A stretch of DNA of 64,000 nt from Nannocystales bacterium (lineage in GTDB: Bacteria; Myxococcota_A; Polyangia; Nannocystales; Nannocystaceae), in NCBI GenBank assembly GCA_050633305.1, contig JBOEGF010000018.1, positions 576,001 to 640,000 on the forward strand. The letters run 5' to 3'. A program made the position numbers and the translations under genes. Positions 10,193 through 18,765 of the stretch are shown here, in pieces (position 1 is the first letter of the stretch; every line of letters begins with the position of its first letter). A model generated the notes under the pieces. The model was not told the origin of the DNA, ran no database searches, and worked only from the letters and a program-made list of their open reading frames with translations.

Positions 10193-11615
10193 TCCATGGT
10201 CCTGGTTGTGGTCTGCGACGCTGTTGACCGGCTTGGTGTACGCGGTGGTTCGTCTCTGCGAGGTGACGTTCGGCCGGCGAATCCCCGCGGTGGTGCGCAT
10301 GGCCGGATACGCGCTGGTGTTCTTTCGACTGTTGACGCCGGCCACTGCGACGCACAGCGCAGCGGTGCTGCCCAAGGAGGTGCTGGCGGTCTCCGTCACA
10401 ACCGCGGAGGCTGTTTCAACCGATTCTTCCGTTTCCCACGAGCTCAAGGCCACGTCGAACTCTGGCAGACCGCTGCCATGGACGCAGACCCTGTACGGGG
10501 CAGGTGTCCTGGTGGTCTTGGGGACCGCGGTGGTGGGCCGACGCCGCGAGCGTTCGTTGCTTCGTACATCGACGCGCGAGATGGGCACCGACGGGGCCCC
10601 GGTTTGGGTCCATCCCACCGCCGGCCCCTGCGTCGTCGGCACGTTTCGGCCCCGTATTGTGGTGCCGGTCGAATTCCGGGAGCTGCCTCACTCGGTACGC
10701 TTGTGCATTCTGGCTCACGAGCGGGCGCACGTTCGTGGCCGTGACCCCTGGATCATGGCGGCACTTCAAGTCGCCGTCGCGGTCTCGTGGCCAGTCGTTC
10801 CATGCTGGCTCGCGGCGGCTCGCATACGAGCGCTCCTCGAGGTGCGGGCGGATGCGACGGCGGTCCGAACACTCGACTCCAACGCCACGCTCTACGGACG
10901 GGCGCTGATTGGGATGGCGTCCGTTCGGCCGCTGGGGAGTCTCCCTGGCCTGTCGGGCTACCGTGCCCTCGCCGAGAGGATTGCGGCCGTGGCGGCAGGT
11001 CCGTCGTCCCCACGGGGGTCCGGCGGTCTGCTGTTGGGGCTCAGCGTTGCAGCCCTCGCATGCAGCGTGCAGGCGGAGTCCTACCCAGCCGTGGAGGCCT
11101 CCGCCGTATCACCGGCCGAACCGCTTCCGGTTTCAGCACGACCCAGCGGTCTGGTGCAGGTTCAGGGCAGCGATGTCTTGCGGGTGGCCCACCCCGAACT
11201 CGCTTGGGCCACCCCCGCCGTCGCTCGAGAACTCGCCGACCTTGCAGCACGCCTTCGATTGAGCAGCCCCGGGGCGATCCTCACGGTCGGCGACCTGAGT
11301 CGGCGTGGCGGAGGACGCTTCCCACCGCACAAGAGCCATCGCGATGGACGGGAGGTGGATCTCCCATGGCCGGTCGATGAGGACGGTCAACTCCTCGCCC
11401 CCCAGGCTTGGGAGCTTCTGCAGGCGTTGGCGGAGAGCGGGAGTGTCGAGGCCATCGTCATCGATGGCGAGTTGCACGAGGGGATTCGCGAGGCAGCAAT
11501 CGCCGACGGAGCGACGGCGGAGGCCCTCGCGGCGCTGTTGCCAGAGCCGTCGGAGGATCCGACGCACCGCTCTCGACACGTTCATGTGCGCTTCCGTGCG
11601 GGCGGAGCGTCCTGA
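10185..11615 (+). CDS. BlaR1-like M56 metallopeptidase fused to a C-terminal MepA-like murein endopeptidase domain
   Basis: TM helices, GPCVVGTFRPRIVVP, LAHERAHVR (HExxH), EVRADA, YGRALI; C-terminal VGDLSRRGGGRFPPHKSHRDGREVD...HVHVRF. Confidence 0.85.
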   Translation: MTDPWSWLWSATLLTGLVYAVVRLCEVTFGRRIPAVVRMAGYALVFFRLLTPATATHSAAVLPKEVLAVSVTTAEAVSTDSSVSHELKATSNSGRPLPWTQTLYGAGVLVVLGTAVVGRRRERSLLRTSTREMGTDGAPVWVHPTAGPCVVGTFRPRIVVPVEFRELPHSVRLCILAHERAHVRGRDPWIMAALQVAVAVSWPVVPCWLAAARIRALLEVRADATAVRTLDSNATLYGRALIGMASVRPLGSLPGLSGYRALAERIAAVAAGPSSPRGSGGLLLGLSVAALACSVQAESYPAVEASAVSPAEPLPVSARPSGLVQVQGSDVLRVAHPELAWATPAVARELADLAARLRLSSPGAILTVGDLSRRGGGRFPPHKSHRDGREVDLPWPVDEDGQLLAPQAWELLQALAESGSVEAIVIDGELHEGIREAAIADGATAEALAALLPEPSEDPTHRSRHVHVRFRAGGAS

Positions 11616-11682
11616 GGACCGGAACAGTCGGTTCCGCCGCGGGGGCCTCGCAAGTCGGGCAATGCGTGGCAGCCTGGCGGCC

Positions 11683-12648
11683 ATGGGACACCTGTTCGAA
11701 GGCACCTGGCGGACCGAGGACCACTTTCCGACAGACAGTGAAGGCCGGTTCGTCCGGAAATCTGCGAGCTTTCGCAACCAGGTGAAAGCTGATGGATCGA
11801 CGCCCTATACGCCCGAGGCAGGTCGTTACCACCTCTACGTCTCGTACGCCTGTCCGTGGGCGCATCGTACGTTGATCGCGCGGGCGCTGCTCGGTCTCGA
11901 GGATGCGATCTCGGTCTCGGTCTGCCACCCGCTGATGCTCGAGGACGGTTGGGTGTTCTCCGAGGGCAAGGCCGAGGTCGCCGACACCGTCAATGGCATC
12001 GACTTCCTCCATCAGCTCTACTCGAAGGCCGACTCCAGCTACACCGGCCGCGCCACGGTGCCGGTGTTGTGGGACAAGAAGACCGGGACGCTGGTCAACA
12101 ACGAGTCGCGGGACATCCTTCGCATGCTCACGACAGAGTTTCGTGGGCTGTGGACTCGCGAGTTGGAGCTGGCACCGACGGGGTTGGTCGGGGAGATCGA
12201 CGAGGTGGCGGCGTCTTTCTACAACGAGATCAACAACGGGGTTTACCGCTCTGGCTTCGCTCGAACCCAAGAGGCCTACGAGAGCGCGGTGACCGAGCTG
12301 TTCGGGGCGCTGGATCACTGGGAAGAGCATCTGTCCACGCGACGGTTCCTCGTGGGCAATCGTTTCACCGAGGCCGACCTCTGCCTCTTCCCTACGCTGC
12401 TGCGGTTCGATCCTGTCTACGTCACCCATTTCAAGTGCAACATCCGGCGACTCGTCGACTACCCGAACCTGTGGGGCTACACGCGCGACATCTTCCAGGT
12501 GCCCGGCGTCGCTTCGACGTGCAGCTTCGAACACATCAAGGCCCACTACTATGGGTCACACGAATCGGTGAACCCGTTCGGAATCGTGCCGCTTGGACCG
12601 GAACTCGATCACACGGCGCCGCATGGCCGTGAGTCGCTCTCCGCGTAG
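11683..12648 (+). CDS. Glutathione S-transferase, glutathionyl-hydroquinone reductase (YqjG/ECM4-like)
   Basis: GRYHLYVSYACPWAHR, TVPVLWD, NNES, NNGVYRSGFA, HIKAHYYGSH. Confidence 0.93.
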   Translation: MGHLFEGTWRTEDHFPTDSEGRFVRKSASFRNQVKADGSTPYTPEAGRYHLYVSYACPWAHRTLIARALLGLEDAISVSVCHPLMLEDGWVFSEGKAEVADTVNGIDFLHQLYSKADSSYTGRATVPVLWDKKTGTLVNNESRDILRMLTTEFRGLWTRELELAPTGLVGEIDEVAASFYNEINNGVYRSGFARTQEAYESAVTELFGALDHWEEHLSTRRFLVGNRFTEADLCLFPTLLRFDPVYVTHFKCNIRRLVDYPNLWGYTRDIFQVPGVASTCSFEHIKAHYYGSHESVNPFGIVPLGPELDHTAPHGRESLSA

Positions 12649-12723
12649 CGCCGCCGATCGGTCAAGAAGCCCGCCTCGGGGTTCCGAGGGCGGTGGGTCC
12701 GGTGCCGCCAACGGCAGGAGCTA

Positions 12724-13182
12724 TCAGGGATGTTCGAGCTTGTCGGTTTTTGCTTCGCGCTCGCACACCCAGGCCTGCGCGGTGAACACGAGATTCCCAT
12801 TCATCGCCCGCAACTCGTCGAGTTCATGGATCAGGTAGCGGGGACGGTCGGCGGTGTCCCCGGGCCCGAACAAGGTCATCAAGAACGCATGCGGCAACAG
12901 TTCCCGGAAGATCCGCAGGGAGAGCGCGAGGTTGCTGTGGAGTTGGGTGGAGCCTTGCAGTGTCCAGAGATAGGCTTCCTCGAGGTCTCCGCGCTCGTGT
13001 TCGCCACGGACTTCTTCCATGAAGCGGGTGAACAGCTCTCCGAGTCGGTGTTCGGCTTCTTCGGCCCGAAGCAAAACCCGGATCGTTGCGCGCTGGTGAG
13101 GCTCGGCCGGAGGGCCGAACCCCGGGTCGAGGACACGAATTTGGGTTGAGTCGACGGCGGCGTTGGACGCGAAACACTCCAT
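12724..13182 (-). CDS. Hypothetical protein
   Basis: Globular-looking ORF filling the gap between GST and pirin; no motif recognised. Confidence 0.6.
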   Translation of the reverse strand: MECFASNAAVDSTQIRVLDPGFGPPAEPHQRATIRVLLRAEEAEHRLGELFTRFMEEVRGEHERGDLEEAYLWTLQGSTQLHSNLALSLRIFRELLPHAFLMTLFGPGDTADRPRYLIHELDELRAMNGNLVFTAQAWVCEREAKTDKLEHP

Positions 13183-13272
13183 GGCGAGCACACCCGGGCG
13201 GGCCGTTCAGTCTCCGTCGCGCCATGACGCTGGGCAAACATCTCGGCGTCCAAGGGACACCCTCCCCCCGGA

Positions 13273-14109
13273 TCAGTCGACGAACGGGCCCCGGTGCACG
13301 ATGGGCTCGCCGTGCGGTCGTCCGCTCAGGAACGCGAATCGGCTTCCGCGCGCTCCGCCGACGTCGAGGACCCCCGGTTCGAGCAGCAGCGCTTCTCCCC
13401 GCCGAGCTGTATGGGCACCCACTGTGACCGCGCCTTCGATGGCGTACACAAGGGAGTTTCGGCCCGCGGGGATCGTGGTCGACCAGCTCTGGGCGAGCAG
13501 TGTGACGTCTCGATAGTCGACCTCGGTGTGCAACGCTACTGGGGAGCGGCTCCCCGAGATGACACGGGTGCGTTCATCGGAACTCTCGAGGAGCGGCAAG
13601 GCGTTGCTCTGGTGTCCGGTGTACTCCGGCTCCATCCGCTTGAGTCTGCGCGGAAGGTTGACCCACAACTGCAAGCCCCGGTTGCTACCCGCGCTCGCGG
13701 GCATCTCGGAGTGTTTCGCCCCGCGGCCGGAGTTGAACCGTTGCGTGCCGCCGGAGGTGATCTTCGAGACGTTGCCCATCGTATCGCGGTGCTCGAACGC
13801 GCCCTCGATCATGTAGGTGAAGGCCTCGAACCCGCGGTGGGGATGGGTCGGGAACCCCGCTGGCGATCGCACGTCGAAGTCGTCCATGAGGACGAACGGG
13901 TCGAAGTTGCGGAGCTGGGGCGAGGGGAAGATACGGGCCAGCGTGGCACCATCGCCGTCGGTCGTGCCGCGGGCGTGGATCTTGGTCCGTACGGACGACG
14001 TCGGACCGCGCTCCTGCTCGACCGGTGGGGCTGGCTTTCCACGACATGCAGGAAGCCACAGGCTCAACATGCTGCCGGCCCCCAGTTCGAGCACTTCGCG
14101 TCGTTGCAT
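13273..14109 (-). CDS. Pirin family protein with Tat/lipoprotein-like signal
   Basis: DPFVLMD, GFPTHPHRGFE, HRDTMGN, HSEMP, LQLWVNLP, HRGPFV; N-terminus MQRREVL...LPAC. Confidence 0.93.
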   Translation of the reverse strand: MQRREVLELGAGSMLSLWLPACRGKPAPPVEQERGPTSSVRTKIHARGTTDGDGATLARIFPSPQLRNFDPFVLMDDFDVRSPAGFPTHPHRGFEAFTYMIEGAFEHRDTMGNVSKITSGGTQRFNSGRGAKHSEMPASAGSNRGLQLWVNLPRRLKRMEPEYTGHQSNALPLLESSDERTRVISGSRSPVALHTEVDYRDVTLLAQSWSTTIPAGRNSLVYAIEGAVTVGAHTARRGEALLLEPGVLDVGGARGSRFAFLSGRPHGEPIVHRGPFVD

Positions 14110-14171
14110 GCCCTGAGGCTACCGTGGAAGTCGCGACACGCGGCGGAACGCACCGTTGCGGCGGGCGAATC

Positions 14172-15275
14172 TCAGTCTGAAGATGCTGCGAGCTCGTCCT
14201 CGTGCCGCTCGGCGAGGTTCTTCTGCGCGAGTCTCGTGACCACGGGCTCGAGCGCGTGCACGAAGGCCGCGAGCATAGCTTGTGCGTCCATCTCCGGGAG
14301 ACGCTCACCAAAGGCGCTGTGCAGCTCGATCGCGCCGTCGACCGGTCGGGCGAGTTCGTCCGCCGTATCTCCCCATCGCAGAATATGGCCGGCGAGGACA
14401 TGGCGTACGGTGGGCCCCAACAGGCGCGGCGCCCGTTGTTCGAGGACGGCGCCGAGCAGTGCCACGATCTCCTCGGGCAGGGCTTGACCGAGCAGCCTCG
14501 TTGGCGCGGCAGGGAGCGGCGCGGCGGGACCCACGGGAGTTCCGTCGGCTTCGAAACTGAGGACGTCGTGCCAACGGATACCACCAAGATCGACGTAGGC
14601 GACCCAGCGGTCCCCTTCGGCGCGAAGCCTGCGTGTCCCGAGCTGGTGGAGGGCGTAGCTACGGCCTTCGATGTACACGCGCTCCAGCCCGTCGCGAAGC
14701 TGTACGCACACGTGTTCGGTAGGCCAGTGCCATTCGAACGGTGCCGGGTGGAACGGCACACCGACCTCGACCATGGAACCGCGAATCGCACGAGACTCGA
14801 CGTCCTGCGTGAATCGTTCCAGGGCCGCGGGTGGATCGTCGACTCGAAAACTGTGGGTGAGGGCGTCGAACAGGGTGGCGGTGGGGTAGGGGCCGCGGTA
14901 GCGCAGCGAACTCGCGCCCGAGCGCTGGGCCGACCCGGAGAGCCAGTTCAGCAGAGCCGATCCCGCACCTGAGGGCAGAGCACCCGGCACGTCGACGGGG
15001 GGAATGTGCGTGGGCCGACTCCACTGCGTCTGACCGCACTTGGCCACGATGGTCTCGGCGAAGCGGAGATCGTGTGCGCGGTGAAACAACGGGTGTGGGC
15101 TCGCCTCGCCCTGCAGGACGAGCGCAGAACGGTCTGGTCGAAACAGGGTGAGCGTGTGAAGGGCGTCCCCGTTCCACCGGGCGGCCCAGACCTCGTGCCC
15201 ATGCCGGTCCACGGCTCGTCGCACGCGACCGCCGGCGGAGTGAATCACCGTGCCGTGAAGGAGCGAGGTCTCCAT
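14172..15275 (-). CDS. Hypothetical protein
   Basis: 367-aa ORF with normal composition (YRGPYPTATLFDAL, PAPFE); no family recognised. Confidence 0.7.
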   Translation of the reverse strand: METSLLHGTVIHSAGGRVRRAVDRHGHEVWAARWNGDALHTLTLFRPDRSALVLQGEASPHPLFHRAHDLRFAETIVAKCGQTQWSRPTHIPPVDVPGALPSGAGSALLNWLSGSAQRSGASSLRYRGPYPTATLFDALTHSFRVDDPPAALERFTQDVESRAIRGSMVEVGVPFHPAPFEWHWPTEHVCVQLRDGLERVYIEGRSYALHQLGTRRLRAEGDRWVAYVDLGGIRWHDVLSFEADGTPVGPAAPLPAAPTRLLGQALPEEIVALLGAVLEQRAPRLLGPTVRHVLAGHILRWGDTADELARPVDGAIELHSAFGERLPEMDAQAMLAAFVHALEPVVTRLAQKNLAERHEDELAASSD

Positions 15276-15342
15276 GCGCGCCGAACCCTACTGCACCCGG
15301 CGGCCTCGGGCGAACCAACCTCCCGCCTGAGGCTCAGGACAC

Positions 15343-15380
15343 AAAAAAACGAGCGGGGAACCCGGGGGCTCCACCGCTCG
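15343..15380 (-). terminator. Intrinsic terminator downstream of the Cys-rich lipoprotein
   Basis: Minus strand CGAGCGGTGGAGCCCCCGGGTTCCCCGCTCG hairpin followed by T7. Confidence 0.8.
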
Positions 15381-15398
15381 CTCTTGCGAAGAGGGGTC

Positions 15399-15977
15399 TC
15401 AACCGTCGCAGGCGGGGCACATGCCAGCTTGGCAGCCCGAGAGCGCGAGCACGGCAGGGGGAAGCCCGACGACGTCGCACTCCGTCTGACACGCGGGGAG
15501 CGCTTTGGTGCCCATGTCCATGACGTCAAGGCAGTCGAGGATGCAGTTGCAGTCCTCGTCGTCGCGGCAGGCCTGCAGCTCATCGCAGCAGGTGGTCTTG
15601 AGGCACGTCGAGCACTCGTCGTCGTCCTTGGCGGCTTCGCATGCTGCGTTGTCGCCACCGCCGGTGGTGTCGGCACCGCCGGTGGAGGTGTCGGCGCCGG
15701 TGGTCGCGCTGTCGGTCGCGGTCTCAGTTGCGGTCTCGGACGCGCTTTCGGATGCGGACTCGCTCGCGCTCTCGGACTCGGACGCGGTTGCGCTGGCGGT
15801 CTCGGACTCCGACGCGCTGGCGGTCTCAGTGTCGCTGGCGGTCGCGGTTTCGGTTCCGGCGCCGGTCGAGGATGCCGTGGCGGTGGCACCGGTATCGCCG
15901 TCGCCGCCGTCGTCACCGCAGGCGGCGAGAGGAAGGGCGAGAGCGAGACCGAGGAAGAGGCAGACGTTACGGGTCAT
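15399..15977 (-). CDS. Lipoprotein with Ser/Thr/Ala/Glu linker and Cys-rich C-terminal domain
   Basis: Lipobox LAAC; ASESETASAT low-complexity repeats; CSTCLKTTCCDELQAC...CNCILDC...CPAC. Confidence 0.8.
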   Translation of the reverse strand: MTRNVCLFLGLALALPLAACGDDGGDGDTGATATASSTGAGTETATASDTETASASESETASATASESESASESASESASETATETATDSATTGADTSTGGADTTGGGDNAACEAAKDDDECSTCLKTTCCDELQACRDDEDCNCILDCLDVMDMGTKALPACQTECDVVGLPPAVLALSGCQAGMCPACDG

Positions 15978-16227
15978 GTCGAGTTTCCAATTGAAAGGGA
16001 GCCGGGAAAGACCGACTCCGCGACGTCTTCTATCGAACGCCCCTCGCGTTGCCAAGGTCCGGGCGGATCGCCGGGCTCGTGCCGGTGGCTATCCTAGGTT
16101 TGTGAGTCTGCAAAGCAGAATGAGCTGAGACGACCGTGGTGTGCGGAGACATTTCGGCGGGCTCCGGTCGTACGGCCCGACCCCCACGCCCGTGCAGATC
16201 GGGTTGAGCCCGACCCGAACCAGCCGC

Positions 16228-16833
16228 CTACGGCCCGCCGACGGAGGCGAGGTAGGCCAGCGGAATCGCGATGCCAGCGAGGACCAACACCGCGCCCCGG
16301 CCCCGCAGCCCCTTGCGACCGGGAATCATGAACATGCCCGAGACCGCCAGCAGCAGCAGAGCGCCCGCGTATCCGTCGGCGAAGTAGGTCCACGCCTTCT
16401 TGCCGCGGTTGAGGTGGAGCCAGTTGGCCGCTCTGAGGGCGAAGCGCTCCTGCTGGCCCTCCTCGTAGACCTTGCCCGTCCTTGTGGCGACAAACAGGGT
16501 GCTCTTCTCCAACGTGATCTCCAGCTCGCCCTCGGCCGGGCTGTAGACGTCCAATGGGACTTCGTCGATCCCCACCGAGTACATGACGACCGCGGCCGCT
16601 TCCTGTTCGTCCTCCGGGAGTGGAGCCTCGACGACGAACTCACGCTCGAAGTTGGTGAAGTTGGGATCCCAGTCCGCGATGTGGTTCACCGCGAGGCCGC
16701 TCAGAGCGTAAACAAAGGTGAGGCCGACCGCGAGGTAGCCGAAGTCGCGGTGCAACGCCCGAAGCCAGGGGCGCCACTTGAACTTCTTCTTTCGGTCGGT
16801 CTTGCCCGGTGAGGGAGGCGCCTCTTCAGGCAT
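16228..16833 (-). CDS. PepSY-associated TM helix protein
   Basis: RALHRDFGY...YALSGLAVNH, NWLHLN, WTYFADGYAG...SG. Confidence 0.85.
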   Translation of the reverse strand: MPEEAPPSPGKTDRKKKFKWRPWLRALHRDFGYLAVGLTFVYALSGLAVNHIADWDPNFTNFEREFVVEAPLPEDEQEAAAVVMYSVGIDEVPLDVYSPAEGELEITLEKSTLFVATRTGKVYEEGQQERFALRAANWLHLNRGKKAWTYFADGYAGALLLLAVSGMFMIPGRKGLRGRGAVLVLAGIAIPLAYLASVGGP

Positions 16834-17536
16834 ACCGCTCTTCTTTCCACGGGTCGGCGTGGTTGTTGTAGCCGCGGGTCTCCCAGTAGCCCGGTTGGTC
16901 TCGCCGGGTGAACCGGATACCGGTGAGCCACTTGGAGCTCTTCCAGAAGTAGAGATCGGGGACGAGCGCGCGGACCGGGGCTCCGTGGGGGCGACGCAGC
17001 GGGCGACCGTCGTGCTCCCAGGCGACCATCACGTTGTCGGCGAGCCCCTCGTCGAGCCGGACGTTGGCGGTGTAGCCGTGGGCGGACTCGAAGATGACGT
17101 GCCGGGCGGAGTCTTTGAGGCCCGCCTTTTCGGCGAGGTCCTTGACCCGTACGCCTTTCCAGCGCGCGTCGAGCATCGTCCAGCCGGTCACGCAGTGAAC
17201 GTCGGCGTTGGTTTCGACGGCGTCCATGCCGAGGAGCTGGCGAAAGTCCACCTCGAACGGACGCTCGACCTCGCCGTGGATCTTGATCTTGACGTTGCTG
17301 CGCGCCGGATCGCCGGGTTGGCCACCCATCGGTTTGAGGGCTGAGATGACACGCTGACCCGGCGGTACGCGAGCGCGGCCATCGGCCCTGGACTGTGCTT
17401 TCGCCTCGCTGGTGAGGTGGTCGCTGATCGTGTACAGGCCACCACCCATAGCGGCGATCACGGTGCCGGAGGCAGCCTTGCGGATGAAGTCGCGGCGGGC
17501 GATCGTTTTGGCGAGGGACGGAGCTGGGTCGGTCAT
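16826..17536 (-). CDS. Tat-exported molybdopterin-dependent oxidoreductase (sulfite oxidase family, MsrP/YuiH-like)
   Basis: ARRDFIR Tat motif; RVPPGQ, DVHCVTGW, HGAPVR, YFWKSSKW, GYWETRGY. Confidence 0.9.
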   Translation of the reverse strand: MTDPAPSLAKTIARRDFIRKAASGTVIAAMGGGLYTISDHLTSEAKAQSRADGRARVPPGQRVISALKPMGGQPGDPARSNVKIKIHGEVERPFEVDFRQLLGMDAVETNADVHCVTGWTMLDARWKGVRVKDLAEKAGLKDSARHVIFESAHGYTANVRLDEGLADNVMVAWEHDGRPLRRPHGAPVRALVPDLYFWKSSKWLTGIRFTRRDQPGYWETRGYNNHADPWKEERYA

Positions 17537-17661
17537 GGTCGTCGTCCTTGGGCAAGGGTGCGGCACTGGGGAGACGGGTGCCATCGAGATGGTGTTACGG
17601 GCGCCGAGGTGGCGTTTTGCGGCGCACTTCGAGTATCCCTGAGGACGCGTCGCGGTTACCC

Positions 17662-18741
17662 ATGCGAATTCTGTACGTCGAGCCGTTCGAGAGTGGATCA
17701 CATGCGGCGTTCTCGCGGGTCCTCACCCGCGCGATTGACGCAAGGTGGACGTCCCTGACGCTTCCGGGTCGCCATTGGAAGTGGCGGATGCGTGGGAGTG
17801 CGGCCTACTTCGCACTGGCGCACGCCGAGGCGCTCGCGAAGCCCTACGACCTCGTGGTCGCGTCCTCGTACGTGCCGTTGGCCGAGCTGGTCGGACTCGT
17901 GCCGGCGCTACGAGACGTGCCCCGGGTGCTGTACTTCCACGAGAACCAGCTCGCGTTTCCGACGCTGGGACCTGCGGAGCCTCGTGACCACCACTTCGGG
18001 TTCACGCAGCTGGTCTCGGCACTGGCCGCCGACCGGTGCGTGTTCAACTCCGCGTTCAATCGGGACTCGTTCCTCGATGCGGGGGATGCGTTGCTCCGAC
18101 GGATGCCGGACGCGGTGCCCTGCGGGTGGGTTCAACGCATTCGGGACCGCTCCTGTGTCCTCGGCGTACCGCTCGAGCTGACTTCGGACCCCGTTGCGGA
18201 GGCTTCGGACGATCCGGAGGGGCCGCTGCTGCTGTGGAACCATCGCTGGGAGCACGACAAGAACCCGCAGACCTGCCTGGAGGGCCTTGCCCAAGTCGCC
18301 TCCGAGGGACGGGCGTTTCGTGTCGCCGTGTGTGGCCAGCGGTTCTCCCGCGTACCGCCCGTCTTCGCAGCGACCGAATCCGCGCTGCGCTCGCGGGCTG
18401 TGCAGTGGGGTCCAGCAGACGCGGCGGGCTATCGGGCGTTGCTCGATCGTGCCGACGTCGTGTTGTCGACCGCGCATCACGAGTTCTTCGGTGTCTCGGT
18501 GATGGAGGCAGTCCACCACGGGGCGCGCCCGCTGGTACCCGACCGCCTCGCGTACCGCGAGCTGTGGCCTGAAGAGTTCCGCTACGAGGATGACGCGGCG
18601 TTCGTTCCCACACTGCGCGCGCTGCTGGACTCTGGGGCTCCGTTGCGGGCGGACCGTCGTGACCTCACGAAGCCATTCTCGGCACCCAAGCTCATTCCGC
18701 GTTTCGCGGAGCTGTTCGACGAACTCGTCTCGAAAGCTTGA
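17662..18741 (+). CDS. DUF3524-domain GT4 glycosyltransferase (GTDC1/QTMAN-like)
   Basis: EPFESGSH, LPGRHWKWRMRG, YFHENQL, FNSAFN, WNHRWEHDKNP, HEFFG. Confidence 0.9.
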   Translation: MRILYVEPFESGSHAAFSRVLTRAIDARWTSLTLPGRHWKWRMRGSAAYFALAHAEALAKPYDLVVASSYVPLAELVGLVPALRDVPRVLYFHENQLAFPTLGPAEPRDHHFGFTQLVSALAADRCVFNSAFNRDSFLDAGDALLRRMPDAVPCGWVQRIRDRSCVLGVPLELTSDPVAEASDDPEGPLLLWNHRWEHDKNPQTCLEGLAQVASEGRAFRVAVCGQRFSRVPPVFAATESALRSRAVQWGPADAAGYRALLDRADVVLSTAHHEFFGVSVMEAVHHGARPLVPDRLAYRELWPEEFRYEDDAAFVPTLRALLDSGAPLRADRRDLTKPFSAPKLIPRFAELFDELVSKA

Positions 18742-18765
18742 ACGGGCCGCGATACAGTCCGCCCG

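Noticed and set aside
12671..12695. Hairpin between the convergent GST and hypothetical genes
   Set aside because: Imperfect stem and no U-tract; not enough to call a terminator.
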